From positions 1-43,957 of the IMG/VR virus record IMGVR_UViG_3300015370_001135: a stretch of 43,957 nucleotides of DNA. One strand, written 5' to 3'. How positions within the stretch are numbered: the stretch's first letter is position 1; the number at the start of each line of letters is the position of its first letter. Below are positions 35,870 through 43,957 of the stretch, piece after piece. The position numbers and the translations under genes were made by a program. The notes beneath the pieces were generated by a model. That model was not told the DNA's origin, did no database searches, and saw only the letters and a list, made by a program, of their open reading frames with translations. The stretch comes from a virus. Lineage: Duplodnaviria > Caudoviricetes.

Positions 35870-37288
35870 ATGTCCGTTCCCTTCCACCACGGCACCCGCG
35901 TCATCCAGTCCGGCACGGACGCGGTTCTCGTCCAGCTGGGCGACAGCTCGGTCGTCGGCATTCTGGGCACGGCGCCCGATGCTTCGGCCACGGACTTCCC
36001 GCTGAACACGCCGACCCTGATCACCAACCCGACCCAGGCCGTTGCGCTTGGCGACAGCGGCACGCTCAAGGAAAACCTCGACACCATCTTCGATCAGGCG
36101 ATTACCAAGGTCGTCGTCATTCGCGTCGAGGAGGGTGCCGACGCCGATGAGCTTCTGGCCAATGCCATCGGTTCGTCGACTTCCCTGACCGGCATCAATG
36201 CTTTCCTGAAGGCGACGGCCGCCGGACTGCCCAAGCCCAAGCTGTTGCTGGCGCCCGGCCTTGGCGCGGCAACGCCGAGCGACGGTGTCGCGTCCGTTGC
36301 CGTCACGGCCGGCGGCACCGGCTATTCGGATGCCACGACGCTGGCCATTGCCGGCGATGCCGGATCCGATGCCGAGATCGAACCGGTCATCGTCGACGGC
36401 GTGATCACGGCGGTCAATGTCGTCAAGCCCGGCGCCGGCTATACCGGCACGCTGACCGTCACGCCTGCCAATGCCGGCGGCGGCACTGGTGCGACGTTTA
36501 CCGGCACGATCGGTACGGTGATGAGCGGTCTGGTGGCCGAGGCGATTTCCGTCGCCGAAAAGCTCCGGGCTGTGTTCTTCGCCGACGGGCCGGATGGCAC
36601 CGACAGCCAAGCCGTTGCGGCGGCGCAGCTGGTCGGCTCCAAGCGCGTCGCTTATTGCGATCCGCGCGTGCTCAAATCGATCGCAGGGGTGTCGACGCCG
36701 ATGCCGAGCTCTGCCGTGTTCGTCGGTGCCCAGGTCGCTGCCGACAAGTCGCGCGGCGTGCACTGGACCGGATCGAACCGGCAGATTGCCGGCATCATCG
36801 GCACCAACCGCGCCATCACCTATGGCGAACAGTCGGACTATCTCAACGAGAACCGGGTCAACACCATCATCAATCGCGGCCGTGGCTTCCGGACCTGGGG
36901 CGTGTGGACCTGCGCGGCCGAGAGCGTCTGGCAGTTCATCAACGTGGTGCGCACCACCGACGCCATCAACGAGGCCGTCGAGGACGCTTTCCACGAGTTT
37001 GTCGACCGGCCTATGACCCGCGCCAATCTCGATTTTGCCGTGTGGTCCGGACTGCAGGCGCTCCAGAACTTCGAAAAGGATCAGATGATCCTGCCCGGAT
37101 CGATCTTCAAGCTGGCGGACGGCAACACGCCGACAACCGGTGCTGCCGGCATCATCAAGTTTTTGATGGCCTTCGAGGTGCCGGCGCCGATGGCCGACAT
37201 CCGGATCGATTCGCACCGCAACATCCAGATCGGCTACTCGCTGCTGTTCAACAGCGTGACCGGCGAGATCAACGTCGCGGCGCTGTAA
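35870..37288 (+). CDS. Contractile tail sheath protein (P2 FI-like)
   Basis: FHHGTRV, GTAPDA...FPLNTP, PKLLLAPG, LNENRVNTII, GFRTWG. Confidence 0.93.
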   Translation: MSVPFHHGTRVIQSGTDAVLVQLGDSSVVGILGTAPDASATDFPLNTPTLITNPTQAVALGDSGTLKENLDTIFDQAITKVVVIRVEEGADADELLANAIGSSTSLTGINAFLKATAAGLPKPKLLLAPGLGAATPSDGVASVAVTAGGTGYSDATTLAIAGDAGSDAEIEPVIVDGVITAVNVVKPGAGYTGTLTVTPANAGGGTGATFTGTIGTVMSGLVAEAISVAEKLRAVFFADGPDGTDSQAVAAAQLVGSKRVAYCDPRVLKSIAGVSTPMPSSAVFVGAQVAADKSRGVHWTGSNRQIAGIIGTNRAITYGEQSDYLNENRVNTIINRGRGFRTWGVWTCAAESVWQFINVVRTTDAINEAVEDAFHEFVDRPMTRANLDFAVWSGLQALQNFEKDQMILPGSIFKLADGNTPTTGAAGIIKFLMAFEVPAPMADIRIDSHRNIQIGYSLLFNSVTGEINVAAL

Positions 37289-37354
37289 TCCAATTTCCCT
37301 CCTGGCGGCGGCCCAAGTGCCGTCGCACTTTTTCTTGCACAAGGAAACACACCG

Positions 37355-37867
37355 ATGCCCGGAACCCTTCCCGCCTATGTGGTCAAGGACAGCACCCTGT
37401 TCATCGACAAGGATTCGAAGGTCGGCCAGGTCAAGGAACTGACCCTGCCCGTGGTCGAATTCAAGACCGAGGAAATGCAGAACGGCGGCATGATCAAGCC
37501 GCGCGAAGTCCGCATGGGCCTCACCATGACCGGCGCAAGCTTCACGCTTGTCGGCCTCGATCCCGAAGTTCTCAAGCTCTATGGCGTTGCGCCTGGCACC
37601 GACAAGCCGATCATCGCCTATGGCTATCTGCAGGACGAGGACGGTACCGAGCATTCGGCGCGCTGCGAAATGATGGCCGCTCCGAAGAAGTTCGATGCCG
37701 GCGCCTGGGCCAGCAGTGAGCCGGCACCGGCGGAGACCGAGTGGGCCGTCAACTCCTTCCGCCTGTTCGTCGATGACGAAGAAATCGCTTATGTCGACGA
37801 TTTCACCGCCCGGTTTGGTGGCGTCGACGTGTTCCCCGGCCGCACTGACGCGCTGCGTCTGGCCTAG
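37355..37867 (+). CDS. Major tail tube protein (P2 FII-like)
   Basis: GQVKELTLP, EEMQNGGM, GVDV; follows the sheath gene. Confidence 0.9.
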   Translation: MPGTLPAYVVKDSTLFIDKDSKVGQVKELTLPVVEFKTEEMQNGGMIKPREVRMGLTMTGASFTLVGLDPEVLKLYGVAPGTDKPIIAYGYLQDEDGTEHSARCEMMAAPKKFDAGAWASSEPAPAETEWAVNSFRLFVDDEEIAYVDDFTARFGGVDVFPGRTDALRLA

Positions 37868-37899
37868 TTTCTTCACTCTGGTAATCGAGGAGGCCAGTC

Positions 37900-38232
37900 A
37901 TGACCGTTAAGCCCGTTGTCATCCCGCTTGAGGAGCCGATCACCATCGGCGAAGGCGACAAGGCGGTGACGTATGAAAAGCTGACCTTTGCCCGGAAGCT
38001 GAAGGGCAAGGATCTGATCGCCATGGACGCCGTCCAGGGCAACACCAAGAAGGCGTTCGCCATGTATGCGTCCATGGCGGACGTGCCGCTTCAGGTGATG
38101 ATGGAACTCGACACCGACACGTTTGAGGATGTCGCTCTGGGGGTGGCGCCGCTCATGGGAAAGCGGGGCCAGGCGATGCTGAACGAGGCACAGGCCGACG
38201 CCGAGGGCAAGGACGAGCCGACGGTGAACTGA
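37900..38232 (+). CDS. Tail assembly chaperone (gpE-like)
   Basis: IPLEEPI...LKGKDL; between tube and tape measure genes. Confidence 0.85.
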   Translation: MTVKPVVIPLEEPITIGEGDKAVTYEKLTFARKLKGKDLIAMDAVQGNTKKAFAMYASMADVPLQVMMELDTDTFEDVALGVAPLMGKRGQAMLNEAQADAEGKDEPTVN

Positions 38233-38384
38233 CCTGGGGACAGGTCATCGCCACGATCTGCCGCGTGCTTCACACGTCGCTGGTCGATGCGCTCGAAATC
38301 GAAGGCATCGACCAGGTGCTGTACTGGTACGATCAGGCGATCTGGGTGCTTGAGCAGGAAGCGCCGAAGAAGGGCAAGGGCTAG
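38157..38384 (+). CDS. -1 frameshift extension of the tail chaperone (gpE+E' / gpGT-like)
   Basis: In-frame slippery G-GGA-AAG at 38157-38163; the -1 frame is open to TAG at 38384 and encodes IATICRVLH...LYWYDQA. Confidence 0.8.
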   Translation, partial: GKAGPGDAERGTGRRRGQGRADGELTWGQVIATICRVLHTSLVDALEIEGIDQVLYWYDQAIWVLEQEAPKKGKG

Positions 38385-38387
38385 GTC

Positions 38388-38723
38388 TCAGTCTACGAAG
38401 TTGTAGCTCTTCGCAATCCGCCGGATCTGCGCGCAGTGCGCCGTGAGTGACGATGTCGACATGTCCTCGATGTCGTAGCGCGTGCTCTCGGTCATCATTT
38501 GGAGTGTCGACGGAAAGCTCATGTCGTCGGCCTCGACCTTGTCTTCGATATAGCCGGTGATCGCCGCTTGGTCGTAGGTCAGCCCGCAGGCATCTTCGGA
38601 CGCCAGAACGGTGCCGAGATCAATCGCCACCTGAGAGCTGTTCATGCTCTGCGCTGCGGCGGAAGAAGCCAGAAGGAGCGCCATGGTGAAAGCAGCCGCT
38701 GTGGTGCAGGTGGCCTTGTGCAT
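38388..38723 (-). CDS. Secreted hypothetical protein (moron) on the opposite strand
   Basis: Signal peptide ending AAA-Q, two Cys in the mature part, GGGGAG ribosome-binding site. Confidence 0.75.
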   Translation of the reverse strand: MHKATCTTAAAFTMALLLASSAAAQSMNSSQVAIDLGTVLASEDACGLTYDQAAITGYIEDKVEADDMSFPSTLQMMTESTRYDIEDMSTSSLTAHCAQIRRIAKSYNFVD

Positions 38724-38789
38724 TTCGATCTCCCCCTGGAATGCCGTTTTGAAGCAAACGCAGCCTAAGTCACTGAAAAACAGGAGTCC

Positions 38790-41018
38790 ATGCGCATGGC
38801 CCGCATGACGTCGGAACTGATCATCTCATTGATCGACCGGGTGACCGCGCCGTCGCGCGCTGTGAACCGGGCGGTCAACGAACTGACCCGCGCCAGCCGC
38901 GCCAATGCCCGCGCTATGGCGGCGACGCGAGGCCAGATGCTTGATTCCGTCGCGATCGGCTATGCGCTTGCCCGCAGCCTGACCGCGCCCGCCGAGGCGG
39001 CGTCCGAGTTTCAGAGCGCCATGGCGGACGTGCGCAAGGTCACCGACTTCAATGTCGAAGGGTTGCAAAAATACGGCATGGAGCTTCGCAAGCTCTCCAC
39101 CGGCGAGATCCCGATGGCGGTCAACGAACTCGCAGCGCTGTCTGCCGGCGGTGCGCAGGGCGGCGTCGCCGATGCGGATCTGCTGCCGTTCACCGAGATC
39201 GCCGCCAAGTCCGCGGTCGCGTGGGACATGGCAGGCGAAGCGGCCGGATTGAGCCTTGCCCATATCAAGACGGCGCTGCAACTGACGGTGCCCGAACTCG
39301 GACTTTACTCCGACGCCATCAATCACCTCAGCAACAACACGGCGTCCGCCGCGTCGCAGCTGGTCGACTTTACCGAGCGTGTCGGTGCTCAAGGCGAGGT
39401 CTATGGCTTTGCCAAGGAGGAAAGCCTTGCCTTCGGTGCGGCGATGGTCAGCACCGGCGCCGAGGCCAATGTCGCGGCAACATCATTTCGCAATATGGGG
39501 CGGGCGCTCACCAGGGGCGCCAGCGCCACGGCGAAGCAGCGCGGGGCGCTGAAGGAGCTCGGCCTCGACAGCGTCGACGTGGCAAATCGCATGCAGGAAG
39601 ACGCCGTTGCGACGACGCTCGACGTCATGCAGCGCCTTCGCGAGTTGCCGGAAGCCATGCAGGCATCCATGACGTCCGACATCTTCGGTGACGAAGCCCG
39701 CGCGCTGGCGCCACTCCTGTCCAATCTGGACGAATTGCAGCGCGTCCTCGGGCTGGTCGGTGACCAGTCGGATTATGCCGGTTCGGCGCAGGCTGAGTTT
39801 GAAGTGAGGTCGCAGACCTTCGAAAACACGACGCAACGCCTGAAGAACCAGATGAACGATCTGGCCATCTCGATCGGAAACGCCCTGTTGCCGACGCTCA
39901 CCGATACGGCCGACACCATCGGCCCGATCATCATGGCCGTGAGCGAGTGGGCGGCAGCGCACCCGGACCTGGTGCGCAACATCGTTCTGGCCACCTCGGC
40001 GCTTGTCGGTTTGCGCATTGCGATGATCGCAACGCGCTACGCCTTCCTGTTCATGAAAGGCGGCGTGATCGACCTGGCGCTCGGCATGACCAGGCTGGTC
40101 GGTGCGCTGTTGTTTGTTCTCAATCCGCTCAATCTGGTCAAAGCGGCCATGATCGCACTGCGTTTTGCCGTGATCGGCACGGGGATCGGCGCCATCCTCG
40201 TGGCCATTGCCATGGCCGGCGTGTGGATCTGGCAGAACTGGGATGGGTTGGTCGCATTTTTCGAAGGATTTGGCGCCGGCATCACGGCGGCGCTCGAACC
40301 AGTCATGCCGGTGATCCAGCCGATCGTCGATGCGGGCAAGGCGCTGTTCGATTGGGTGTCGGGATTGTTGGGGCCGATCGATGCGTCGGAGACAGAGTGG
40401 CGCAGCTGGGGCGAGACCCTTGGCACCAATGTCGGGCAATCAATCCAGAGCGCAATCGACGGCATCAAGGGCCTGATCAACTGGATCGCCAGCATTCCTG
40501 AGCAGGCCGGTGCCCTGGCCTTCGATATCAAGACCGGCATGATCGATCCCTTCATGCAATGGCTGTGGGACGTTGCCCAAAACGGCATCCAGCTTGCGGT
40601 CGATGTCGGTAAGGCGGTTGGAGACGCGGCCGGGTCTGTCGGTCAGGCCGTCGGTGATGGCTGGAACAATCTGTTCGGTGGCGCGAAGGCCAGCGGCGGT
40701 CCAGTTGCTGCTGGCACACCCTACCTTGTGGGAGAGTTTGGCCCGGAGCTTTTCATGCCGAACGCGGCCGGTGAAATCATGACGGCATCACGCACGGCCC
40801 GCATGCTGTCCGGTCTTACCCCGGCCGGCTCCGGACGTTTCGCCAATGACAACGCGGCAAACGGCAATGCGCCGGGCGGCGGCTCGGTCAGCGTTTCGTT
40901 CACCGGCGACATCATCGTCCAGGGCGGTACGAACGCCTCGGCCGAGGATATTGCCTCGGCATTCGGAAACGAGGTGGCCGACCGGATTGCCGCCTCCTAT
41001 AGCGACGGAGGTTTCTGA
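38790..41018 (+). CDS. Tail tape measure protein
   Basis: LIDRVTAP, FQSAMADVRKV, INHLSNN, IFGDEA, GTPYLVGEFGPELF. Confidence 0.93.
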   Translation: MRMARMTSELIISLIDRVTAPSRAVNRAVNELTRASRANARAMAATRGQMLDSVAIGYALARSLTAPAEAASEFQSAMADVRKVTDFNVEGLQKYGMELRKLSTGEIPMAVNELAALSAGGAQGGVADADLLPFTEIAAKSAVAWDMAGEAAGLSLAHIKTALQLTVPELGLYSDAINHLSNNTASAASQLVDFTERVGAQGEVYGFAKEESLAFGAAMVSTGAEANVAATSFRNMGRALTRGASATAKQRGALKELGLDSVDVANRMQEDAVATTLDVMQRLRELPEAMQASMTSDIFGDEARALAPLLSNLDELQRVLGLVGDQSDYAGSAQAEFEVRSQTFENTTQRLKNQMNDLAISIGNALLPTLTDTADTIGPIIMAVSEWAAAHPDLVRNIVLATSALVGLRIAMIATRYAFLFMKGGVIDLALGMTRLVGALLFVLNPLNLVKAAMIALRFAVIGTGIGAILVAIAMAGVWIWQNWDGLVAFFEGFGAGITAALEPVMPVIQPIVDAGKALFDWVSGLLGPIDASETEWRSWGETLGTNVGQSIQSAIDGIKGLINWIASIPEQAGALAFDIKTGMIDPFMQWLWDVAQNGIQLAVDVGKAVGDAAGSVGQAVGDGWNNLFGGAKASGGPVAAGTPYLVGEFGPELFMPNAAGEIMTASRTARMLSGLTPAGSGRFANDNAANGNAPGGGSVSVSFTGDIIVQGGTNASAEDIASAFGNEVADRIAASYSDGGF

Positions 41019-41458
41019 TGGCCGGTCCCGTTGTTGCGTCGCTTGGCCCGTTCATTTTTACCGCACACGGCTTTTCGCTCACAAAGATCGATCAAAGCCT
41101 GTCGACTCCCTGGCAGGCCATGGCGGTGCCCGGCGGTCTCGATCGGTTGCAATGGCTTGGCGGTGAGAGTGCAACCGCCAAGATCGATGGCGTTCTATTC
41201 CCCGCCGAGTTCGGTGGGTTGACCTCCCTGGCCGGCATTCGCGCCGCCGCCGAGGCCGGCACGCCGATGCATCTGATCCAGATGGCGGCAGCAAATCTTG
41301 GCAATGTGCTGGCGCTGTTCGTGGTCGAAGGGGTGAAGGACGGGCAGACCTATATCGGCCCGAACGGCGTGCCCTTGCGCAACACCTATTCGATCGACCT
41401 CCGACGCTATGCCGGCGGTCAATTCACCTTCCAGTCGGTTCTGACAGGGTTGTTCTGA
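41018..41458 (+). CDS. P2 gpU-like tail protein
   Basis: SLGPFIF, LQWLG, GVLFPAEFGG. Confidence 0.85.
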   Translation: MAGPVVASLGPFIFTAHGFSLTKIDQSLSTPWQAMAVPGGLDRLQWLGGESATAKIDGVLFPAEFGGLTSLAGIRAAAEAGTPMHLIQMAAANLGNVLALFVVEGVKDGQTYIGPNGVPLRNTYSIDLRRYAGGQFTFQSVLTGLF

Positions 41459-41664
41459 TGAAAACGGTCACGACGGTTTCCGGTGACACGGTCGATATGC
41501 TGGCCAGCCGCGAATACGGGGACGAGAGCGGCTTCGTCGAGAAGATCCTCGAGGCCAATCCGGGCCTGGCCGACAGAGGACTGGTCCTGACTGCCGGCAT
41601 CACCGTCAAGCTGCCCGAAATCACGGCGCCGGGCGAGCTGCCGACCGTGAGCCTTTGGGACTAG
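41458..41664 (+). CDS. P2 gpX-like tail protein
   Basis: GDTVD...YG...ILEANPGLA...VSLWD. Confidence 0.9.
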   Translation: MKTVTTVSGDTVDMLASREYGDESGFVEKILEANPGLADRGLVLTAGITVKLPEITAPGELPTVSLWD

Positions 41665-41731
41665 GAGCGTTGCCAGCAGAAGCGGACGCCGGTTCTGCGC
41701 TTCGGCAGCGCGACCACTCAAGGAAACTGCA

Positions 41732-42715
41732 ATGAAACCGCAAGCCCGGTTGACGATCGACGGCCTTGCCGCCGGCGGCGAACTCATGGGCAGGGTGCTG
41801 TCGATCAATGTCACCGACAAGGACGGTGCCGGCGCCGACACCTGCAAGATATCGCTCAACAACTGGCCGCCGGCCTCGGTGCCGCGCAAGGGCGCGAAGA
41901 TAAGCATCTGGCTTGGCTATGCCGGGCAGCAGCTAGCCTTCATGGGCACGTTTGTTGTCGACACGGTCGAGGTGGCGCTGTTTCCGCACACCATGTCGAT
42001 CACCGGCAAGAGCGCCGATTTCCGCGAGAAGATGAAAGAGAACAAAGAGCGGCACTGGGACAACACCAGCGTCGCCGACATCGTCGCCGATATCGCCGCC
42101 GATCATGGCCTTGTCGCCAAGGTTGCCGATGAGGTCGGCGCTCACGTCTACTCCTGGTTCGGCCAACAGGACGAAAGCGACATCCATGTTCTGCGGCGAC
42201 TCGAGCAGCGCCTTGGCGGACTGTTCTCGGTCAAGGACGGAAACCTTGTCCTCGCCAAACGAGGTGCCGGGGCCAATGCCGGCGGCGAGCAGCTGACCGG
42301 TTTGCTGGTGACAAAGGCGAACCTGATCGAGGGCACGGCCAAGGTGAAGTATGGCGACCGCGCCGAATACGGCGAAGTGGCGGCCTATCACCAGGACAAG
42401 GGAAAGGCGGAACGCGTCGAGGTGCGCATGCCGTCCTCAGCTTCAGCGGCGGCGCTCTACCGGCTCGGAGAACCGTTTGCCGATGCCGCTGAGGCGGAAG
42501 TCGCCGCCAAATCAAAGGCCGAGGATCTGAAGCGCCAAGCCGTGAGCTTTTCGTGCTCGATCATCGGCACGCCGTCGGCGCGTGCAGGCGCGCCCATCGG
42601 TTTCGATGTCGGATATCCCGACGTCGATCAGGTCGATTTCATCATCGAGACGGCCAAGCACGATTTCTCGAAGAGCGGTTACAAGACCGCGCTCGACGGC
42701 AAGCTCAAGACCTGA
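41732..42715 (+). CDS. Baseplate hub / late control D family protein
   Basis: VTDKDGAGAD, WLGY, QQDESDIHVLRRL, SVKDGNL. Confidence 0.9.
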   Translation: MKPQARLTIDGLAAGGELMGRVLSINVTDKDGAGADTCKISLNNWPPASVPRKGAKISIWLGYAGQQLAFMGTFVVDTVEVALFPHTMSITGKSADFREKMKENKERHWDNTSVADIVADIAADHGLVAKVADEVGAHVYSWFGQQDESDIHVLRRLEQRLGGLFSVKDGNLVLAKRGAGANAGGEQLTGLLVTKANLIEGTAKVKYGDRAEYGEVAAYHQDKGKAERVEVRMPSSASAAALYRLGEPFADAAEAEVAAKSKAEDLKRQAVSFSCSIIGTPSARAGAPIGFDVGYPDVDQVDFIIETAKHDFSKSGYKTALDGKLKT

Positions 42716-42730
42716 ACCACGAGGAATTCC

Positions 42731-42961
42731 ATGAAACTCCACCGTCAATGGCGGCGGATCGTGCGGCACGCATGGTCCGTCCGCTTCTGGCTGGCCGCTG
42801 CCTTGTGTGTCGGCCTCGAACACGCCCTTCCACTTCTTGCCGGCAATGGCTTCTGGTCGGCCGGCGTCTTCGCTGCGCTCGCAGAGTTGTTCGGTATCGC
42901 GGGGCTCATCGCCCGCTTCCTCGCACAAAAGGAATTCGAAGATGACGAAGCTCAGACCTAG
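42731..42961 (+). CDS. Putative holin
   Basis: WRRIVRHAWSVR, two TM segments, ARFLAQ; precedes the endolysin. Confidence 0.75.
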   Translation: MKLHRQWRRIVRHAWSVRFWLAAALCVGLEHALPLLAGNGFWSAGVFAALAELFGIAGLIARFLAQKEFEDDEAQT

Positions 42962-43529
42962 CCGCCGCGCCTCGGCGGCGATCGCGGCCGTCATGGCGGT
43001 GGTGATCAGCATTGGCGGCGTCCTTTATGCGCCGAAGCCCGGAACCTCGACGCAATATCCAGCCGTCGTCGTGCTCGCTGCTGAGGCGATCATCAAGGAC
43101 TGGGAGGGTGAGTACACAACCGCCTATTGGGATGCGCTCGGGGGGGTGTGGACGGTCTGTTTTGGCGAGACGAAGAACGTCCGCAAGGGTGATCACTACA
43201 CCCCGGACCAGTGCCTCGAAATGCTCTACAAGCGCCTGGCCACCGAATACTACCCGCCTATCAAAGCGTGCGTTATCGGCTTCGACAGCGGCCCGCTGAG
43301 TTGGCAGTCGTCGTCTCTGTCCCTGTCCTACAATGTCGGCGTCTCCGGCTATTGTGGATCGACGGCCGCCCGGCGTGCGCGGGCCGGAGATTACCTGGGG
43401 TCGTGCGAAGCCATGACCTGGTGGAACCAGGCGGGCGGGAACGTCGTCAGGGGTCTCGTCCATCGTCGCGAGATGGGAGACGCCGAGCGCATCGGCGAAG
43501 GCGAACTCTGCGTCACGGGGTTGAAGTGA
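42942..43529 (+). CDS. Endolysin, GH24 lysozyme with probable SAR anchor
   Basis: WEG...AYWD...VWTVCFGET catalytic loop, SYNVG, GLVHRR; Ala/Gly-rich N-terminal hydrophobic helix. Confidence 0.9.
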   Translation: MTKLRPSRRASAAIAAVMAVVISIGGVLYAPKPGTSTQYPAVVVLAAEAIIKDWEGEYTTAYWDALGGVWTVCFGETKNVRKGDHYTPDQCLEMLYKRLATEYYPPIKACVIGFDSGPLSWQSSSLSLSYNVGVSGYCGSTAARRARAGDYLGSCEAMTWWNQAGGNVVRGLVHRREMGDAERIGEGELCVTGLK

Positions 43530-43957
43530 TGTTCGGGTTCGACCTCAAGTCCGCCGCCATTGCCGGCCTCGTCGGCATCATCATTGGCGGCGTCGCTTGC
43601 GCTGCCGCGCATGTCGCCTGGTTCGATCCGGCGCTGGTCGCACGTACGACAAAATCCGTTACCGAGCAGGTCTCACGCGAGCGGGATGCCGTGTGTGCGC
43701 AGACCGTAACCGAGGCCGCCCAGATAGCTCGTGTCGCAGCGGCAGCACACGAGCGGGCCAATGCCGACGCCGCACTTGCTGCTTTCGCCGCCAAGGCTGC
43801 GGCGCGCGACAGGGAACACGCCAAGCAGATCGAGGAATTCGAGAATGATGCAAAAACCTATGAAGCCAAGCTCCGGGCTGCTGGCCGCGCTTGTTCTATC
43901 GATATCAACGATATTGTCTGGCTGCGCCAGCACGGCTTCTCAGCCGGGACTCCGTGA
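43529..43957 (+). CDS. Rz-like inner-membrane spanin
   Basis: N-terminal TM helix, Ala-rich coiled coil, C-terminal Cys; follows the endolysin. Confidence 0.75.
   Translation: MFGFDLKSAAIAGLVGIIIGGVACAAAHVAWFDPALVARTTKSVTEQVSRERDAVCAQTVTEAAQIARVAAAAHERANADAALAAFAAKAAARDREHAKQIEEFENDAKTYEAKLRAAGRACSIDINDIVWLRQHGFSAGTP
43845..43957 (+). CDS. Rz1-like outer-membrane spanin lipoprotein, overlapping Rz and cut by the window end
   Basis: +1 frame reads MMQKPMKPSSGLLAALVLSISTILSG-CASTASQPGLR with lipobox LSGC; GAGGA upstream. Confidence 0.75.
   Translation, partial: MMQKPMKPSSGLLAALVLSISTILSGCASTASQPGLR

Larger units (their letters stand above)
3558..43957. mobile_element. Temperate prophage with lambda-like head and P2-like contractile tail; right end lies beyond the window
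   Basis: att, integrase, immunity, replication, packaging, head, baseplate, sheath, tube, tape measure and lysis genes in order. Confidence 0.95.

Noticed and set aside
27019-42715. Tailocin, extracellular contractile injection system or gene transfer agent
   Set aside because: Head, terminase, replication, immunity and integrase modules are all present, so this is a prophage.

Overview
GC-rich alphaproteobacterial-looking chromosome (host inferred from protein style) carrying a near-complete temperate prophage integrated at the 3' end of a tRNA-Thr(GGT) gene. The window starts with a host OmpA-family lipoprotein and its terminator. Two 47-bp copies of the tRNA 3' half (790-836 and 3558-3604) bracket the relic of an older related element. 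The relic keeps only a frameshifted integrase tail and an intact three-gene operon (TIGR04255-like protein, unknown protein, ART-like toxin candidate), the best candidate here for an undescribed anti-phage or toxin system. The main prophage runs from about 3558 past the window end: integrase and excisionase, early-left genes, a cI/cro/cII switch with five GGGG-N8-CCCC-type operators, a ParB-MT-A70-KlcB-like fusion, P4-type primase and helicase with iterons, a lambda-like head module, a P2-like contractile tail, and holin, SAR endolysin and Rz/Rz1. An identical perfect 22-bp palindrome lies inside the ParB gene and at the start of the late operon. Product calls come from motif recognition and gene order by eye; no database searches were run.
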